Assembly (NCBI GenBank): GCA_051942205.1
Contig: JAVECO010000140.1
Location: forward strand, 1 to 62,815
Direction: 5' to 3'
Origin: Coniocarpon cinnabarinum
Lineage: Eukaryota
Length of the DNA: 62,815 bases
Every line of letters begins with the position of its first letter. Within the stretch, counting starts at the first letter, position 1. A model generated the notes under the pieces. That model was not told the origin of the DNA. It did not search any database and saw only the letters and a list, made by a program, of their open reading frames with translations. A program made the position numbers and the translations under genes. Positions 60,431-62,815 of this stretch are shown here, one piece after another.

Positions 60431-62446
60431 CTAATTGCTCTTCCAACCCTCGATTGAGGAGTTGATACTGTTTCGCCACTCCTGCTGTTGAGTGCACTGC
60501 TGAAGGAAGATTTTGTACTTGGCCATGATCAAAGACTTCTCGACAGCGTCCTTGGTTGGGTGTATAGCCTTGCCTGGCTTGCTCATTCGATCCATGATGT
60601 TCCACAGCGGCTCACTCTTGCCCTCTTTGTCCACGCTTGCGGCCTTGACCGCCAACATAGCTGCACCATGAACAACAGCCGCGGTCACATATCTGGGGAT
60701 GAGAACAGGCATGTCGCAAGCTGTAGCCATGAGCTGCATGAGAATGTCATTCTGGCACTGACTGCCTGACATGAACACGGAAGAGATGACGTGACCCTTG
60801 GCGTTCATCGTGTCGATGATTTGACGGGTCTGCAGAGCAATCGACTCCATTGCACCGTAATAGTATAACGCCAAGCCGTTGACACTCTTGTCAGAAGAGA
60901 GACCCGTGACTGAGCCTACCATTGTCGGATCGGCTACTGGAGAACGGTTGCCGAACAAGTCACCGTAAAAGAAGAAATGTCGGCCCAGCCAAGTGACGGA
61001 AGGAGCGTCCTGTTCGTCTTTCATCTCGCGCAGCTTTTCGTTCAAGTACGTGTAGATGTTGGTGTTGTACGATTCGGCGATTGACAAAGCCTCCTGATGG
61101 GCAGGATGTGTCTCAATGACATGTTTCAACATCTCACCGGTTGCAGATTGGCCACCTTCGGCGAGCCAATATTCGGGGATCAGGACGTTCTTGTATGGTC
61201 CCCAGACACCGGGCACGAAATGAGGCTGAGCTGACATGGCGATGTGACACGTCGACGTACCTGCGACCGCGGCCAGTCTTGTGAACGCTTGTGAGACATG
61301 GTTCTTCGCTTCTTCTGGGTTGACTTCATGATTCGAGAGCTTCACCTTTGCGCCCACCGTACCAATCCAGCCAGCGTACGCGTCAATGACACCGGAACCC
61401 ACTGCAATGCCTGCGGGAAGACCCATATCTTGAGCAGCTCGTTCGCTTAACGTTCCCGCCAGCTCGCCCGCCGACTGGTACTGGCCATTCTGTGTTTTGA
61501 TCAGCAATTAGTGTACAACAGCTGCAGGGTTCAACACACCACCTCATTAACACCCCCCATGCGCTTAAAGTTATCCTTGCAAAGATCTTCCAGGCCGATG
61601 GTCGTCAGGAAATCTTCTTGCCAGCCCTTCACACTGCCATCGACACCAACGGGTACGTAACCTTGCTTGCAAACGACACTGCAAAAGCTGCGGTTCTCGT
61701 TGCCGGTGGCCATGTGAGTCAGAGCATCAGTCAAGTCGTAGAACTTGCAACGAGCGAACTGTTCCGGTTTCATGTGATTCTTCAGCCAAAGTATCTTGGG
61801 CACTTCCATTTCGATTGACATAGTGCCGCCGACGTAGCGAAGCAGATTATGTTTGGTTGCGTTGATTTTGGCAGTTTCTTCGACCGGGCGATGATCCAGC
61901 CAGAGCACAACGTTGCGGTCTTCACCATCGCGATTGCTAAAGTCGGGACCTGTGACGCATGCAGGCTCGTTTGTGTCGTGTGTGAAAACAGCCAGCGAGC
62001 AGGTGGCATCGAAAGCAATACCCCGAACGGTAGCGGGATCAATACCGTGCTGGTCCATGGCTGTATGAATCGAGCGACAGATGCAGCGCCACATGTCGGA
62101 AGTTGATTGTTCCTTTGCAAGTCAGCATCAGTAGAGATATCACCAGCTCGTTCTGTCAGGTGGATGCTTAAGGGTTGCATGGTGATATTTGTATGCCTGG
62201 TCAAGCTAGTGCATTCTCTGGACTCACATAGTAGCCGGTCTGCGGCTGCCACAGCTGAATGTTCTCGGAGGCTAGGCCAACAATGTCTCCATTATCATTA
62301 ATAATGGCGGCTCTAGCGCTGCCGGTCCCTACGTCGATGCCAATGTAATGGTTGATGTGTGGACGGAGCTCATTTTGTGGATCGGTTGAGAGCTGTCGAC
62401 GAGGCTGAGAGGAGAGTTGTCGAACTGGAAGAGCTTGAGAGCTCAT
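60431..62446 (-). CDS. FGGY-family pentulose kinase (D-ribulokinase Ydr109c/FGGY-like), 3 exons
   Basis: YIGIDVGTGSARA, FDATCSL, WLDHR, IDAYAG, AGTSTCH, PGVWGPY, EGGQSATG, GNRSP.AD. Confidence 0.93.
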
Positions 62447-62815
62447 CGTGAATGATCACCGCGAATGCAAACTCGCTAGGGAAAAGAAAGGCGAGGCTCT
62501 TGAGCTCGAACTAGGGGAAAGATATGCTCGAGTCTTTGGGGGAAGGACGAGATGGGATACGTGACAGGATGGAGCGGGAAGTAACAGCGACTCGGATGAA
62601 AAGCTGAGGAACAACAAGACCCGTTAATGCTGTGGACTCTCAGCGGTGGCCTTAATGAAGGGGCAAAAAATCCAGATTAGCCGCTTATGAAGAGGGAGTG
62701 GCCGGCGGCACAATGAGGCCAGGTCAGCAGCAGATAATGGCAGTGGGAGTTGTTGCCCCAGCTTTTTTTTAACCTCTTAGCTCCAGCCCCCACCGCTCCC
62801 GAGCCCGACCCACAC

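Noticed and set aside
1..62815. CRISPR arrays, tRNA/rRNA genes, intact transposases
   Set aside because: None recognised; the sequence is eukaryotic and has no repeat-spacer array or transposase/RT motifs.

Overview
Gene-dense window from a filamentous ascomycete (Pezizomycotina-type short GT-AG introns with CTRAC/CTRAY branch sites; RIP-like mutations). It holds about 29 protein-coding loci, mostly housekeeping: DFG5/DCW1, NDUFAF7, CDK11-like kinase, FAD oxidoreductase, Ca2+/H+ exchanger, DID2-like, NCB2, SDR, UTP17, RPB10, VPS9-domain GEF, ERV46, EMC6, PCD1, SNU13, sulfate permease, BUB2, VOC protein, GH5, EMC10-like and FGGY kinase. Three things stand out. (1) At 454-6981 a carboxylic-acid-reductase-type NRPS-like system is rearranged. 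Adenylation and carrier domains are fused in one frame to a complete 12-TM MFS (Mch/MCT-like) transporter where the reductase would normally sit, and the thioester reductase is a separate gene just downstream. This suggests transport-coupled activation with reduction in trans. (2) At about 22100-22900, a region with no convincing ORF is a spliced non-coding host gene. It carries three intronic box C/D snoRNAs: snR67-like, an extra double-guide snoRNA and snR53-like. (3) At 54722-56582 an alpha/beta-hydrolase gene has been destroyed by RIP-type CpA>TpA mutations next to a TpA-rich relic. All calls come from motif reading by eye; no database searches were run.
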